DNA from: Eukaryota sp. GEM-RC1
Taxonomy: Eukaryota
DNA length: 64,000 bases
Direction of reading: 5' to 3'
Assembly: GCA_040285855.1 (NCBI GenBank)
Contig: JAUFOQ010000004.1
Span: 992,001-1,056,000 of the forward strand
Position numbers and translations under genes: made by a program. Below, one piece after another: positions 41,616-54,296 of this stretch. A model generated the notes under the pieces. It did not search any database and was not told the origin of the DNA. It saw nothing but the letters and a program-made list of their open reading frames with translations. Positions within the stretch are counted from its first letter, which is position 1. Every line of letters starts with the position of its first letter.

Positions 41616-42179
41616 TCAAAACTCTTTCTTTTCAACTCGCATCAGAGCACTCTTCATTCGGTCTACAATATCAGCAAGTTCACAAGGTTTAGCTGTAAAA
41701 GAGATTGGTCCTTGATTGGTCTGAAGTTCAACAAGATATTCGAGTCTGTCTTCATCCATGTGTGAGCCTTCTAGAGCACAATCCAGCCTCCAGTTAACAC
41801 CAGTTAAGACGGGATTGAAACTGGAAAAGCGAGCTAAATGAGAACGGAGTTGTGTGAGGATAGAGTCGTATTGGTTTGTGAATACTTCAGAAAGAGATGT
41901 AGGGAAGTCAAGACTGTCGAGATGAGATGTAACGTCTGAAAGAGGATAATTCTGTTGGGCACATTCTAGTAATACTGAGGATAATGCAGAACAATATGTG
42001 GATAGATCTGATTCAGCAAGTTGAGTAGATGATAATGATGAGATCAATGACTTGAAAGTGGGAGAAGAGGAGATGATGTGAGGAACAAGTTTGTCTAGAA
42101 TAGATCCAAAAACATCAGGACTAAGATGTGAGAGGCTACTCAGTAAGTCAAAGTGCACTGCTGTGTGAAGAGAAGTCAT
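41616..42179 (-). CDS. COMMD3: COMM domain protein (COMMD3-like)
   Basis: C-terminal LTGVNWRLD..YLVELQT..ISFTAKPCELADIVDRMKSA; about 187 aa. Confidence 0.8.
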   Translation of the reverse strand: MTSLHTAVHFDLLSSLSHLSPDVFGSILDKLVPHIISSSPTFKSLISSLSSTQLAESDLSTYCSALSSVLLECAQQNYPLSDVTSHLDSLDFPTSLSEVFTNQYDSILTQLRSHLARFSSFNPVLTGVNWRLDCALEGSHMDEDRLEYLVELQTNQGPISFTAKPCELADIVDRMKSALMRVEKKEF

Positions 42180-42310
42180 ATGGAGAATCAAACAGTTAAA
42201 TTTCTAGTTTATCAAGAAATGTGATGATTACTAGTAAGTGGACGCTTGTTTTTGTCTTATAATCTGTACGACAAAAATGTTTTTATATATGGGGTGGCTG
42301 AACTTCGAAA

Positions 42311-44540
42311 CAGGGATGCCAAAAATATATTTATTTAAATATCGTAGGTGTCCCAATACAAGCAACTTTATATCTTATACAAGCAAACACATTTTTTTAC
42401 TTGTATTGGGACCTTGCTTGTATTGGGACACCTACGATATATTATTGTTCACCTAGACGACGAAAATAAATATATTGTTATTGTTGTGTACAACAATAAA
42501 TATATTGGTATTGTTAAGTTTGTAAACAAATAAATAAAGACTCTGGGTAAATGCACCACATTATGCACCACATATTCTAATTATTTTGTAAAATGCACCA
42601 CATAATATAACTTGCACCACATAGTATATTTTCATTTTACAGAAGCAACAGTAAACATCATTTATAGATCAAAAGGACAAAACATTATCGTAGGCCCTTT
42701 TGGCTTGATTTCTTGTACGACTAACAGGTCGTTCAAATGAGAAGGATCTCTATGTGTAGACTTAACTGGATTCTTATTGGGAGATCCAAGGAGTCTTCTT
42801 CGAGGTCTACGTGCGACAAGGGGCTGAGGTTAGGAAGCTCGCCAAGGAGAGAACCTAATTGTTGCCTTAAGGAATCTTGGTTGTTTGGCAGAGATTGTCA
42901 TAGCGTATTGCACAGTTGTTCTCAATCTTTAACCAGCGTATAAGAGGTGACAAATACATTGAGTTTTTTGATACAAATGAGGTCCTTTTGGTCATTTACA
43001 TGCTCAACCATACTTTGGAACGATGGAAGATTAGTCTTTTGTGTTCGCTTTTTCTTGATGTTAGATACAATCTATTTGTTTAAAGAACATCTGCGATCCA
43101 AGGTTCTTAAGTAATCCAAAATTGTGCAACATTCAACATTAGCGTTGACCAGGGGTGCCTATTGTTGACAGGTGATGTGTGGTGTGGTTTTACTTATGTG
43201 GTGCATTTTTGTGGTGCATTTTACAAAATGAATAGAATATGTGGTGCATAATGTGGTGCATTTACCCAGAGTCTAAATAAATTTATTGGCAGTATTTCTA
43301 CGCAATCCGATGACTCATTTTTTTGTGGTCTATTCGCCATCATCCGTAAAATCTCCTTCATTGTCCAACAACCAAGTCAAGGGTTAGTATTAAGACTTTT
43401 GCGAACAGTATCTTCACCATAGATTAGAGTTATACATCAATAAATGTTGGTTTTCCAGACTTGATGTGTGTAGTCTTGTGCGAAGGGTTTCAGCAGTCAC
43501 GTTAGCACGACTAAATAGTCTTTCCATTTGCTTGGATGGACCTTTTTTGAGTGTAAAATCAATGCAGTGATATTTGGATTAATCAGAACCAGTCACATTT
43601 TCCAACCGCTCTGGTATGTCCCACGCAAAAAGTACTTTACTGAGTTCTTGATTGCCGTTTAGACTTTGGTGAACTACATCAGTTCACAAGCCAAACAGTC
43701 AACAATTTATTGGTATTGCAATGTATTGGTAATGGCAATAGTGTTTATTGATTGCAACCCATTTTTCAATATTGTTCCAATAACAATATATTGGCGATAC
43801 TTCTTTGTTGCAAAATGTACCTACTTTTTAAGATTAATTGTTTCAGAATTCTTCAAGGTGTACCTTTTTCAAAATGACTTGATCAAAGTAAAGTATTATA
43901 AGCACCATCATCCTTTGGAAGCAGTTTGTACTTCATATATATTACCAATGGGTAGATAGAAATAAGCTAGGTGTTATTGCTGAACCTTTTTCTGTGATTG
44001 AAGGTGGTTTTGTTGAAGTTTGTATTCGAACTTTACTATGTGATCAGTCTGAGTCAATCACGTTAATATACTTAGTAAATATTGATCTCAACTTAGTCAC
44101 TTTCATAGGTGTTGTTTGATGATTTTATTGGTCCAATTTATGGCAATACATTGGACCCATACCAATCATTGATTGGGGTCCAAAATTTTGCAGCAATACT
44201 ATTGCAATAAATTGTTGCCAGTCCCTGATTTGACGTAAACAAATAGTATACTCTATTGTCTAGGTTGGTTATTACTAAAGTGAAAGTTCTTCAGAAGACT
44301 ACTGCCCCCACAATGCATCTTGTTTACTCCATAAATGGATGCAAAATTGAAGATACCATCAAACAAATGGATGATTTTTAGTGATGAAAAATACTGCCAC
44401 AATAAACAATCTTATTGCAATACTATTGTAAATTGCTGGGACTCACAGTAAATACATTGTTATTGTTTTGACCAACAATAAATATATTTTTAATATTTAT
44501 TGCAATAAATAAAATAACAATATATTTTTTCGCATCCCTG
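42311..44540. mobile_element. hAT non-autonomous element with nested insertions
   Basis: TIR CAGGGATGCCAAAAATATA / TATATTTTTTCGCATCCCTG; perfect TSD CTTCGAAA. Confidence 0.9.
42538..43274. mobile_element. Nested TIR element
   Basis: Long TIR AGACTCTGGGTAAATGCACCACATTATGCACCACATATTCTA and its reverse complement; AT-rich AAATAAAT flanks. Confidence 0.85.
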
Positions 44541-44946
44541 CTTCGAAATCAAAATGCGCAGAAACGCGCCCTTTGCCGCGCATTTCATCTCTGACAAAAG
44601 TGTGCATTTCACAACAATGGACACTTCTCTACATTTTCTACCACTATTAGTAGTGTAAAGGTTTTGGTTCTACACTACCACTTGTTCACGAACTGTACAT
44701 CAAACTCTCATCAATCAAACGAACTGAATATGAGATGATGTACTAGTAGAGGTACTGATTTCTCTTTTGTTTATATTGATGGTATTCTTCAATATATAGT
44801 TGTACGTAAATGACTTGTTTGAGTAATTTGAGGTCTTTAGTTATCATTACATTTTTGAAGATTACAAAGTTGAACTAAAAGGATTCATTTCCTACTCTTC
44901 AAGTAACATGAAAGTTTTTAGAAAGACAGCAAAATAATGTAAAGGT

Positions 44947-46502
44947 TTAAAAACAAATTCTACAAAGTGATCGTTGGGTTTGGTTGTCGATTGAGTTTTC
45001 ATCTAAACTGACCATAGAAATTGATGAATTAACCTTCAAAGCCTCTGCAATTGATACAGCACCATCGTTTCCAATAGAGTTGTAACCAAGATCGATCGTG
45101 GCCACTGACGTTGACACTTTTATAACCTCTGCAATTGCTATTGCACCGACATTTCCGATAGAATTCTCACCTAAATTAAGCCTAACAACAGATGAATTGA
45201 TTTTTAATGCATCTACAAGCGCTGAGGCACCTTCATCTCCTATGCTGTTCTTCCATAGGTAAATCGTAGAAACAGACGAATTGACTTTTAACGCCTCTGC
45301 GATTGCTATGGCACCTTCATCTCCAATAGAGTTGTTCCATAGATTTATATTAGTAACAGACGAATTGACTTTTAACGCTTCTGCAATTGCTATGGCACCT
45401 TCGTCTCCAATAGAGTATCCACCTATATTGACTTTCGAAACCTCGTTTTGGATCATTTGATCATAGAAATTCTTCAACTCTAAACTCAGTTCAGACCAAT
45501 TAATAGAAGCTTTCTTGTCCTCAACAGCTTCCTCAAAACAAGATTCACTTTCAACAGATTTGACTGTTGGAGTAACGCAATCAACTCCCACGTCATCAGC
45601 AACTGATTCAGTAATAGAGCTCACTGACGTGGAATCAACAGAAAGAGCTGTCAGTCGATCAGAAGTTGTTGAGTAGAGTGACAAAAGGTCTTCATGTAAG
45701 GAAGTAAGAACAGAGGTTTGTTGTTGGATAGAGTTAGTAATACAAGAAACCAACGTGTCTGTAATTGTTGGTTTAAAAACAACAGGTTTTCCAAGTTTGA
45801 AATCATTCATAATGGTAGTTGAATCTAACATGGTAGAATCCAATAGACATGTTAGATTCTCTTTCATTTGAGTACATCCATCAACAACTTTTTCCACAGT
45901 TGACTGGGTGGATTGAGAAACCTTTTCTATTGCAACTGCTAACTCCTGATTGATAGAGTTGATATTTTGTTCAATGGAGGCTCTGCCTTGATCAAACGGT
46001 AATAACTTCTTCTTGTGTTGGTCGTGGTCACCAAGCATGACACAAGTAGAGCAGAGAGCAACAGAACAAGAAGTACAAAAAAAGCTCGAAAGGTTTCAAA
46101 GGATGACAGGGACATTTGGGAACTAACACCGAATGTTTCTTGTCTAAAGGGATGGGTTGATGAGATCGAAAAAGCTTTATGCGATGAATTGCTGTGAAGC
46201 AATCGATGCATAAATCGGCTTCACATTCAGCACAATAGCATGTTTCAAGAATTGATGAATGCAGCATCTTCACACTCATTGCAAACAGATTGGCGTTGAT
46301 CAGTTACAAGGGCTTCCACAGTTTTTTTGAGCTTGTAGTTTGTGCAAAGTTTGGATTTGTCTATAACAACTTCGCAGATGGGACACACACTGTGAGATTG
46401 TAACCACTCTGAAATATGCGGCAAGCAGAAAGAATGACCACAGAAGGTTGTGACGGGATTTTGAAGTGTTTCTGAGCAAATGTTACAAGTAGGGTTGATC
46501 AT
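44947..46502 (-). pseudogene. TRIM-like RING/B-box/coiled-coil protein with C-terminal RI-like LRRs
   Basis: Paralogue of 14275-15486; about five IGDEGAIAIAEALKVNSS repeats; frame breaks near 46250 (about 13-nt insertion) and 46080 (T7 run). Confidence 0.8.
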
Positions 46503-46692
46503 TCTACAGAATCCAATTCAGAATGATCCTGCTTTAAAGTCAGAGAATTGAATTAAAACGAATATTGTACCACTGAAAGAAGTAGAATGAAATGAATCTG
46601 ATGATTTGAGGCACATCAACCTCTACGTTTCAAATTGACCAGGACCGAAGTTCTTTGTTAAACAATTAAACAATAAAGTTCTTTATAGAAAA

Positions 46693-48388
46693 CTAATCAG
46701 TGACAATAAACTTCAGTATAGAACAGAAGAACTGAAGAGTAGACTTGACAATCAAGAGACACAAACCATCGTATTGGTGAAAATCACGACAGTTCTCCAA
46801 TTCAGAAACTAAAGATTGTTGTTGAGGACTGGCAACCGCCAGCTTGTTGAGGAAAAGAAGTGGGAACATGTTGTACCTAGGAATGTTAATTAGTTCAGTT
46901 CAGTTCAGCTGTGAACTAGTTCGTTTCACTCATCTCTGTGAACTAGTTCAGTTCAGTTCACACCTCCATGAACTGAACTGAACTGAATGAACTTACATTA
47001 TATTCCATTTTTATTACTACATAAATGCACCTTTTCACCACATATAAAGAACGTAGGATGAAGTATCCCTATAGTGTTATGAAATGGTCAACTTAAAGCC
47101 GCGTAGGAACGCAAGTGCTTAAAGATCAAATTTACCTTTTTTCTTAGATAAATTTACCTTTCTTAATGGTAAATTTACAGCAAAGAAGCGGAAGCGGAAG
47201 AAGAAGTAGAAGTAGAAGCAGGTCGTCGAAATCAAGTGTTTGTGGAGTTTAACAAGTATATCACAGAAGCTACTTGTGATGTTTCATCCAGTCCTTTACA
47301 CTATTGGGCCTTAAATCACAACGCGTACCCTATATATAGATTGTCAACGTCATTTTGGAGAAATGCAACAATTCAAGCCAGTAATGTTGCGTCTGAGTCT
47401 TTGTTTTTACTTCCAGGACTGATTGCATGTAAAAAAAAGACCCCGGTTAAGTGATGATTCAGTTCAATCGCATGTTTGCTTGCACTCATGGTTAATTACT
47501 GATGTCTAATTAGAGTATGTTTTTCACATGATGCTTTATTAAGTATTAAGTTTTGCAACGATTGAGTACACACGATTGAGTATGACCTGTTGATTTGATC
47601 CTAGGTATATTATTGTGGAAACAATGGTATATTTGCTCCAGTTCATATAGTTCAGTTCAGTTCATGGTAGTCAATGAACTAGTTCAGTTCAGTTCACACT
47701 TTTTTGAACTGAACTGAACTATTTAACATTCCTAGTTGTACCATTATCGCATTGAGCAATAATCGAGCAGTCCTACCGTTCCCATCAATAAAAGGGTGTA
47801 TATGCAGTAATTCGGCAAAGAAGACAGTGGCCACTCGAATGACAGACTCGAGAATCTATCCAGCATTCTTCATGCGGTCATCAAGCCAAGTGAGTAAGGT
47901 ACAGAGTGAATGTGTCACATTCTCAAGCGAAAGATACATGCCGGTTGAGTTAAATGGCATAACATAACGGTACGAATGGCACCAGCATTTTTTACCACAT
48001 TGCGCTGTCCAATATATGATTGTAACTTCAAGTCAAATTGAAGATCTATAGCTACATCAGATGCATGTGATACAAAATCACATGCATCCCATAGGTTGAA
48101 AGAAGAGTTGAAGTTGGTGTGGCTACACCACTCTGGTCGAAGGACATTGGAGTGTTCCGCAAGTGAATCAACCAACTAAGTGGTTTCATGAATATCGGGA
48201 AGGTGGCCCTCTCCAATTCATATCTCTCTGATGCAGTGTGCCCGTAAGAAGAGAGCATATTGCTTAGATGCATCAAAGAGATTGGATTGAGAGCATAAGA
48301 GAGTGATATTGTCAAGATGTGACGAACAAGGTTTGATGTTCGCGCAATACGAGTCAAGAATGCAGTGATATGGAGAAGAGATGGTCAA
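46693..48388 (-). pseudogene. Fic-domain gene, interrupted by hAT insertion
   Basis: [23 protein letters not shown] near 47755-47825; C-terminus (SELENCRDFHQYDGLCLLIVKS..) resumes below 46877; TGA at the position of Trp in the paralogue, plus frameshifts. Confidence 0.85.
46878..47734 (+). mobile_element. hAT deletion derivative
   Basis: TIR TAGGAATGTTAA..AGTTCAGTTCAG / CTGAACT..TTAACATTCCTA; perfect TSD GTTGTACC; dimerisation-domain remnant PLHYW..YP..ASNVASESLF. Confidence 0.93.
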
Positions 48389-48606
48389 GTTGAGAATCTG
48401 TATTCTTACAATAGCAACTGTGGTGGCATATAACTTCTTCATCCGATACTCTATAACTGCCAAAGAGACGTTGCTGCAACATCAGTAACCTTCCTAATGA
48501 ATTAGGAAAACAGTTTGAATCCTTTTGCCATATTTGTTTGATTCCAACGTTTCCGTTAAACCCTGTGCAATAATTCATATTCATTGTTTCAGATAAACCC
48601 TTTGCA

Positions 48607-49422
48607 ATGACTTTGTCTCCTTACGACCTCCTTCTCAATTCTTGTTGTGACAGCATTGATAATGATATAGATGATGCACTTAACTGTATTGAGAAACTAT
48701 GTCAAGAGCCACAACTTCATGCAGCTGCAAAGAAATATGCTTTGTTCCTGCACGCCGACTGTCTCCGTGAGATATGGGTCGGCGAGGAGCATCTTCCTGA
48801 TACTGTTGAAACTACAGAGTTTGTAGATTCCATCATTGAAGAAGCACCGTTACCCAAACCGAAATGGTGCACGGAAGATCAGTTTCAATCTCTGTACAAT
48901 CTCTGTTCTGCTTGCGAATTCACTTCCACTCTTAATTCAGGCCATCTTGATCTAGATACTGTTTTGAAGATACATTCATTGATTGGTAAAGATTTGATCC
49001 AAGGTGCAGGTACTATTCGTACTATTGATGTTATGCCTTTTCAGTCGGCAAATATGTATCTGACTCATCACGAAGTTCCTAAAAGACTTTCCCAGCTGCT
49101 TCAGTGGGTCATTATGAGAATGAAATCAATTAGTGATGACGTGTCTTCTGCTGTAAGGGTAACCACTGTGTTTTTTGCTCACTTTTTGCAAATTCATCCA
49201 TTTGTTGATGGTAATGGTCGTACTGCACAACTTCTTGTTACTGTTTTAATGGGTAAATTAGTACCAACTCCTTTTTCTGTTGTTTCACCAAAACTTCACC
49301 CAAAACTGGTCAATGAATTGGAACATTCTCAAATGTTTAATCGGTTTAGCGGTCTTGCTAGTATTATTGTGAGTTCAATACTGACCTATTGTTCAAATCT
49401 CAAGTGGATTGACGGTTACTGA
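48607..49422 (+). CDS. Fic-domain protein
   Basis: Intact 271-aa ORF; LKIHSLI..AGTIRTIDV and HPFVDGNGRTAQ. Confidence 0.92.
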   Translation: MTLSPYDLLLNSCCDSIDNDIDDALNCIEKLCQEPQLHAAAKKYALFLHADCLREIWVGEEHLPDTVETTEFVDSIIEEAPLPKPKWCTEDQFQSLYNLCSACEFTSTLNSGHLDLDTVLKIHSLIGKDLIQGAGTIRTIDVMPFQSANMYLTHHEVPKRLSQLLQWVIMRMKSISDDVSSAVRVTTVFFAHFLQIHPFVDGNGRTAQLLVTVLMGKLVPTPFSVVSPKLHPKLVNELEHSQMFNRFSGLASIIVSSILTYCSNLKWIDGY

Positions 49423-50617
49423 TGTTAAGGATTTGAAGAAATTACATTGGTCACCATTTTCAATGATTGGCTTTCCTTCAAGATTATTCTGATTGAGCCC
49501 TATTGATTGGCAGTTGATTGTGGGCTATCAGTTGTTAGTTTGAAGAATTTGTTCAAGGAGATTTGTGATTAAGTATGTTTTAAGCAACCAGTTTTGGGCA
49601 AGAAACTCATGGAAGAATAATTAATGGAAGACTACTACAATGGATACAGTTCTTTGATGATTTAATTTCAGCATTGAATAAATTATGTTTCCGGTATATC
49701 TTAAAGATCTCAATTTCAGTATATTTTCAGTTCATGTGTGTATTTTTAACTGAGTATAAAAGTAATATACTAAAAAATTAAATTTGATATCATTACAACA
49801 ACACCCGTTACTATCAAAGCCTACATCAGCTTTGTCATCATAAAAGGAACTCACGGCTAATAAAGCATCGGAAACGTGTCAACCATAACAGATGATCAAA
49901 ACGTTTGTACATCCTAGTTTTTACGATTTTTCCGAAATTGTGTAGTTCTCCTAAACAGTCATAGACTGAAACTGTAAAAGGGAATAATTCATATTCACCA
50001 TGTTTTAATGCCAACAGTGGTTTTTGTTTTATCCTGTTTGGTATGTTTTTTGTGTCTTAGAAAACATAAAGATATATAAAGAATGTTTAAAGGGACTTAA
50101 GTTTGTATTAATTGTACTGTCGAGTACCTCAGGTTTATTAGGTCACGAATCATTGCAAAAGTACCCTATTTTTTAAATATTCCAATATAGGAGCTGCTTT
50201 GGAACACAAGTACATACACTGCTTTTTAAAGAAACGAAAACAAGACCAGTTTGGTAGTACCTTCCTTTGGATGGGGGAAAACACAAGTAGAAATACTAGT
50301 AGCTTCTTTCTTTCTTCTTCAGCATAATGAATTGACGATGAATTAACTGTGCTTTTAATCCAACTTTATTACCCTTTTCATCAATAAACTTTCGTTCTAT
50401 TTAAGAAGAACATGAGACTTAAAGTTTAGGTCTGTTTATGACTAAAAAGTGAGTATAAATCACTAGAAGTGTCCTCTAAAATTAACAGAGACAGTGTGGT
50501 CGTAAAATTTGTTTTCGAAAACACGTGTTTTCAAGGAGACATTGATCTCCTCCTCAACGTAAAATAAATAACAAAAAATTTTCTGGTTATAGCACAATAC
50601 TGTCTGTAACACTTCAA

Positions 50618-51289
50618 TCATAAGAAAAAAGTCTTTGGAGATGCCGATAACTTAGTGATCTTCTTAGACATAGATAACCATTCAGTTTCCAGGCCACTGG
50701 ATTCTGAATCTATACGCATGACAAAAGGATTCATTATGGGAGAGCTAGTCCGAGGAGACCAATCAGTTTTGATTGATCCTCTGGAACCAGGGGAATAACG
50801 GGACTTGGAAGGAGAGAAGACTAGAGATCGTCTGGTAGAGGAAGTGTTGAAGTTTGTGTTGAAGACTCTAGATCCTTCAGTTAAATCGCCAACAGACACC
50901 ATGGATGGATTAAGAAGAAGATCATATGAAGGAGATATAGATAGGGGTGTTTGTGTAGCTAGAGTCGTCGTGAGTGAATCGGACTGGTTGGACTTGACAG
51001 TGGCTTGGTTAGATGATGCAGTGGTGAGGGAGTGAGTTTTTGGAGGAGTGGGAAGCTTGGTTTCAGGAGAGAACATATTCTGTCCATCAACCCAACTTGT
51101 TACTAGATTCTTCGATGATTTGTGTGGTGGTGTTGACAAAACACCCAATGTGAATGAATCACTGACATCGTCTGTGGAAGCGGATGACTGCGAATGAGAG
51201 GAACCAACTTTAGGGAAGACATCAGTATCAGGAAAATGTATCACAGAACTACGATCAAATGGATCAGTAGCTGAGTGTATTGACGGCAT
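50618..51289 (-). CDS. Hypothetical Ser/Thr/Pro-rich protein
   Basis: Uninterrupted ORF with gene-like composition and many SP/TP sites. Confidence 0.55.
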   Translation of the reverse strand: MPSIHSATDPFDRSSVIHFPDTDVFPKVGSSHSQSSASTDDVSDSFTLGVLSTPPHKSSKNLVTSWVDGQNMFSPETKLPTPPKTHSLTTASSNQATVKSNQSDSLTTTLATQTPLSISPSYDLLLNPSMVSVGDLTEGSRVFNTNFNTSSTRRSLVFSPSKSRYSPGSRGSIKTDWSPRTSSPIMNPFVMRIDSESSGLETEWLSMSKKITKLSASPKTFFL

Positions 51290-52746
51290 CACAGCCAAAA
51301 AGGAGGGTGAACTAATGGGCAGGCAAACGGTGTGTTAGAGTTTGTTAGTAGAGTTTGATGCTTCTCTGAAACACTTTTCTGAAAAATCTCTCTGAAAAGA
51401 CAACTATTTCGTTTGTTTTGGTTCTGGTATGTAGAAACTTTCTACATATAATCAATCTTTATACGGAAATTGCGGTATACGTGTCATCTAGCCTTGTCTC
51501 TTCACTGGTATTCCATGTTTACATTTAGTTGAGTTAACAACAGTCTCTTAAAACTACAGCAATCGATCAATCACTAGGAGTTTATCTTCAAACGGTCCCT
51601 CCCAGTCAGACAAATCTCCAAGTATCTTGATTGAAAGTGGTTATTGAAATCGAATACAATTTTGTAGTTTACTCTTGTAGTGTTCAAATTATAGACTAGA
51701 AGGTGGAAAAAGACCTTCTTTCAGGAAAAAGAAGGGATATATTTAACTATTAAGATTGTTATCACGTCTACAGACAAAGAAATGCTTGAATAATAACATC
51801 AGTCAATGAACCGAACCTTGTTGACAGAACTCGACTTCATTTTTGCAGAAAGAATCATGGATCCACAGAGGCCATTAGAATTATTCACATCCTAAATCTT
51901 GCAGTACAATCTGGTATGAGATCATGTCCTGAAAGTATTTGTAAGGTACGTAAATTTTTTCGAAAGTACACTTTCAGGCAAAGTCTTCATGGTTGACTCA
52001 GACAGGAAGAAAAACATTTTTCAAGCAGTGATATTACAGAAGATGAGGTGTCAGGGGGAAGATGTATTAGACATAAAAAATAGAAAGTATCGAGTGATAA
52101 ACTATAACCGTTTCATTTCTAGTCAATAAACATGCCATGTCACCTCATTTGAGTAACAGTAAAACCTCACTTGAGATGATCACGTCACCTGAGGTCTTCA
52201 CGTGATAACCCATGTGATTGCCAACAGTTAATTCAACCATCTTCATTTCTCTCTGTTCTTTCTTCTCTTATGCGACCGGTTAGACCGATTCTGTACGGAA
52301 TTATCTCTACTAATGGACAACGAATCTTCCAAAGGAGTTCACTTTGAAGTTTCTTGAAGTTAAAAACCAGTGCTATCGGATGTGACATCCAGAAATGTTT
52401 AGACTTATTTAATGTAGATCGACTAAATAAAAATAAAATAATAGAAAGGAAGCACACTTTTGACTTCCAAAAAGATTTAGATCACCTTATCCAATAGACA
52501 CTCAAGGCTCTAAGACACACAGAATCTATTCTCAATGAGTTCTTCAATCAGTTCTAATTGGTCGCGTGATTAACTGACTAATGCTAGTCCACGAGTTCAC
52601 TCCTTTTGAATACGTTTTAAGCTCGGTCACTGACAATGCTTCAATGATTTTTAAAACCCTTAAGATGCTACGTTTGTTCTTTTGTCGTTGTTGTGACTAC
52701 TGTTGGATTTTAAATCTTTTCATGTTGAAACTACTACTACACAAAC

Positions 52747-53760
52747 CAGTGATGCGAAAAAATTAATTTAAATTAAATTATCAATTCGACAGGCCAACAA
52801 TTAATTAATTTTAATTTTACACGCCAACAATTAATTAATTTTAATTTTACACGCCAACAATTAATTAATTTTAATTCTTCAGACCAACAATTAATTAATT
52901 GCAATTAATTACAATTAATTCTTTATTACCATACGACAAAAATCAACATACTATCATTCTGAATCGACATCTATAACAAGCTCGGCCGAATTTAATCCTG
53001 TCGTCTGATGAGGGTTCTTACTCACAATTGATTTGACTAAATCCAAGTTCCAAGAATCAGTGTTGTATATAAGCAACAATTGTTTCTCTAACGTTTTTGA
53101 TTGTAAACGTCCTCTCAGTTGCCCTATAAGTAGATAAATAAGAAGAAATACCAAGAGTTAATTTTGCACGACTGAATGGTCTTTCCACCTGGTTAGAAGT
53201 TGATGGAATAAATGATAAGTCTAAGTATTCCGAAGCAGTGTTTTTCTGCATCAGTGAGTTCTCTCTCATATCCTTCAAGTATCTTGATTACTCCATTTTC
53301 AAAGTCGGGGGACTCAACGATTGGTGATGCCGGGCTATAACTTGTGTAGGATCGCATAGCTGGATATTCCTCATGTAGAACGTCAAACATTCTCTTGGCC
53401 TTGTGTAGAGGAACTTCTGAAACTTGCAACTTCTTTGTAATTGAGTTCAGCTGGTCAAATTTTGAAGTCATTTCATCAATCATTTCTGTTTCTGTTCGGT
53501 CAGGCAGATGTTGTTTCACTGCAATCGGGTTGTGGTTCAACAAAGGTAAAAAAGAACAAGGCTATCTCTTTGGGAGTTGGAGAAGACGACATAAGGTGGA
53601 GAAACGGGAATTGTAAAATTAATTCTAGTAATTGCCGTTAATTAATTATAATTCTAAGCGGTTAGAATTAATTAATTATAATTCTAAGCGGCTAGAATTA
53701 ATTAATTCTCAGGGAATTAATTCAATTAATTATAATTAAATTAATTTTTTCGCATCACTG
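52747..53760 (-). mobile_element. hAT deletion derivative
   Basis: TIR CAGTGATGCGAAAAAATTAATTTAA / TTAAATTAATTTTTTCGCATCACTG; TSD ACACAAAC/ACACAGAC; transposase remnant ITKKLQ..DFENGVIKI..PSTSNQVERPFSRAK; tandem subterminal repeats. Confidence 0.92.
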
Positions 53761-54296
53761 ACACAGACGGAGCTGCATATTCATAAAGCAACTTGATGTA
53801 GTAAATATTGTCAGACCTTTTCAAACCACACTACTACTAACGAGAACATTGGTCTCTTGGATAAGTTTACTTTCTCTGTTTAAGTTTTTAAACAACGATC
53901 GTTGCTGAAAGTCGAGTTAATACGGAATTCCAAATTCGATTGTGGAGTATTGGAAATTTCTGAGTAGAGAAAATTGCTTTGTCTACCGAACGTAACTACC
54001 GAATCTAAAACACTAATAAAGAAAAAACGGAGAGAATAGGACAAAACTTGAAAAAATACCAAAGGTCTATTCTAAATATACGTTCTCTTTTCAAGAAGAG
54101 TCTCTGAAAAAGCATACTACAAGCAGTTTAAAAGACCCTTAATCAAAGTGAATGTTGATGGCGTGATGAGCTTAATGTAAAACTAAGAATCATGTAATGA
54201 TCATTGATAGAACAAAACAATAAATAGGAACTATCAATTACTTCCACTTCTTCAGTAGTTCTGTATTCGCTTTTAATCTCTTTAAGCTATTAGCAG

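Noticed and set aside
46890..46995. AGTTC/GAACT arrays as satellite or telomeric repeat
   Set aside because: Mirrored at 47640-47720 within hAT TIRs; probable transposase-binding sites.
51800..52740. Additional hAT transposase fragments (HILNLAVQSG, VTDNASM)
   Set aside because: Too degraded to delimit as a feature.
52790..52920. Tandem repeats (CCAACAATTAATTAATTTTAATT..) as a CRISPR-like array
   Set aside because: No unique spacers; they are subterminal repeats inside a TSD-flanked hAT element.
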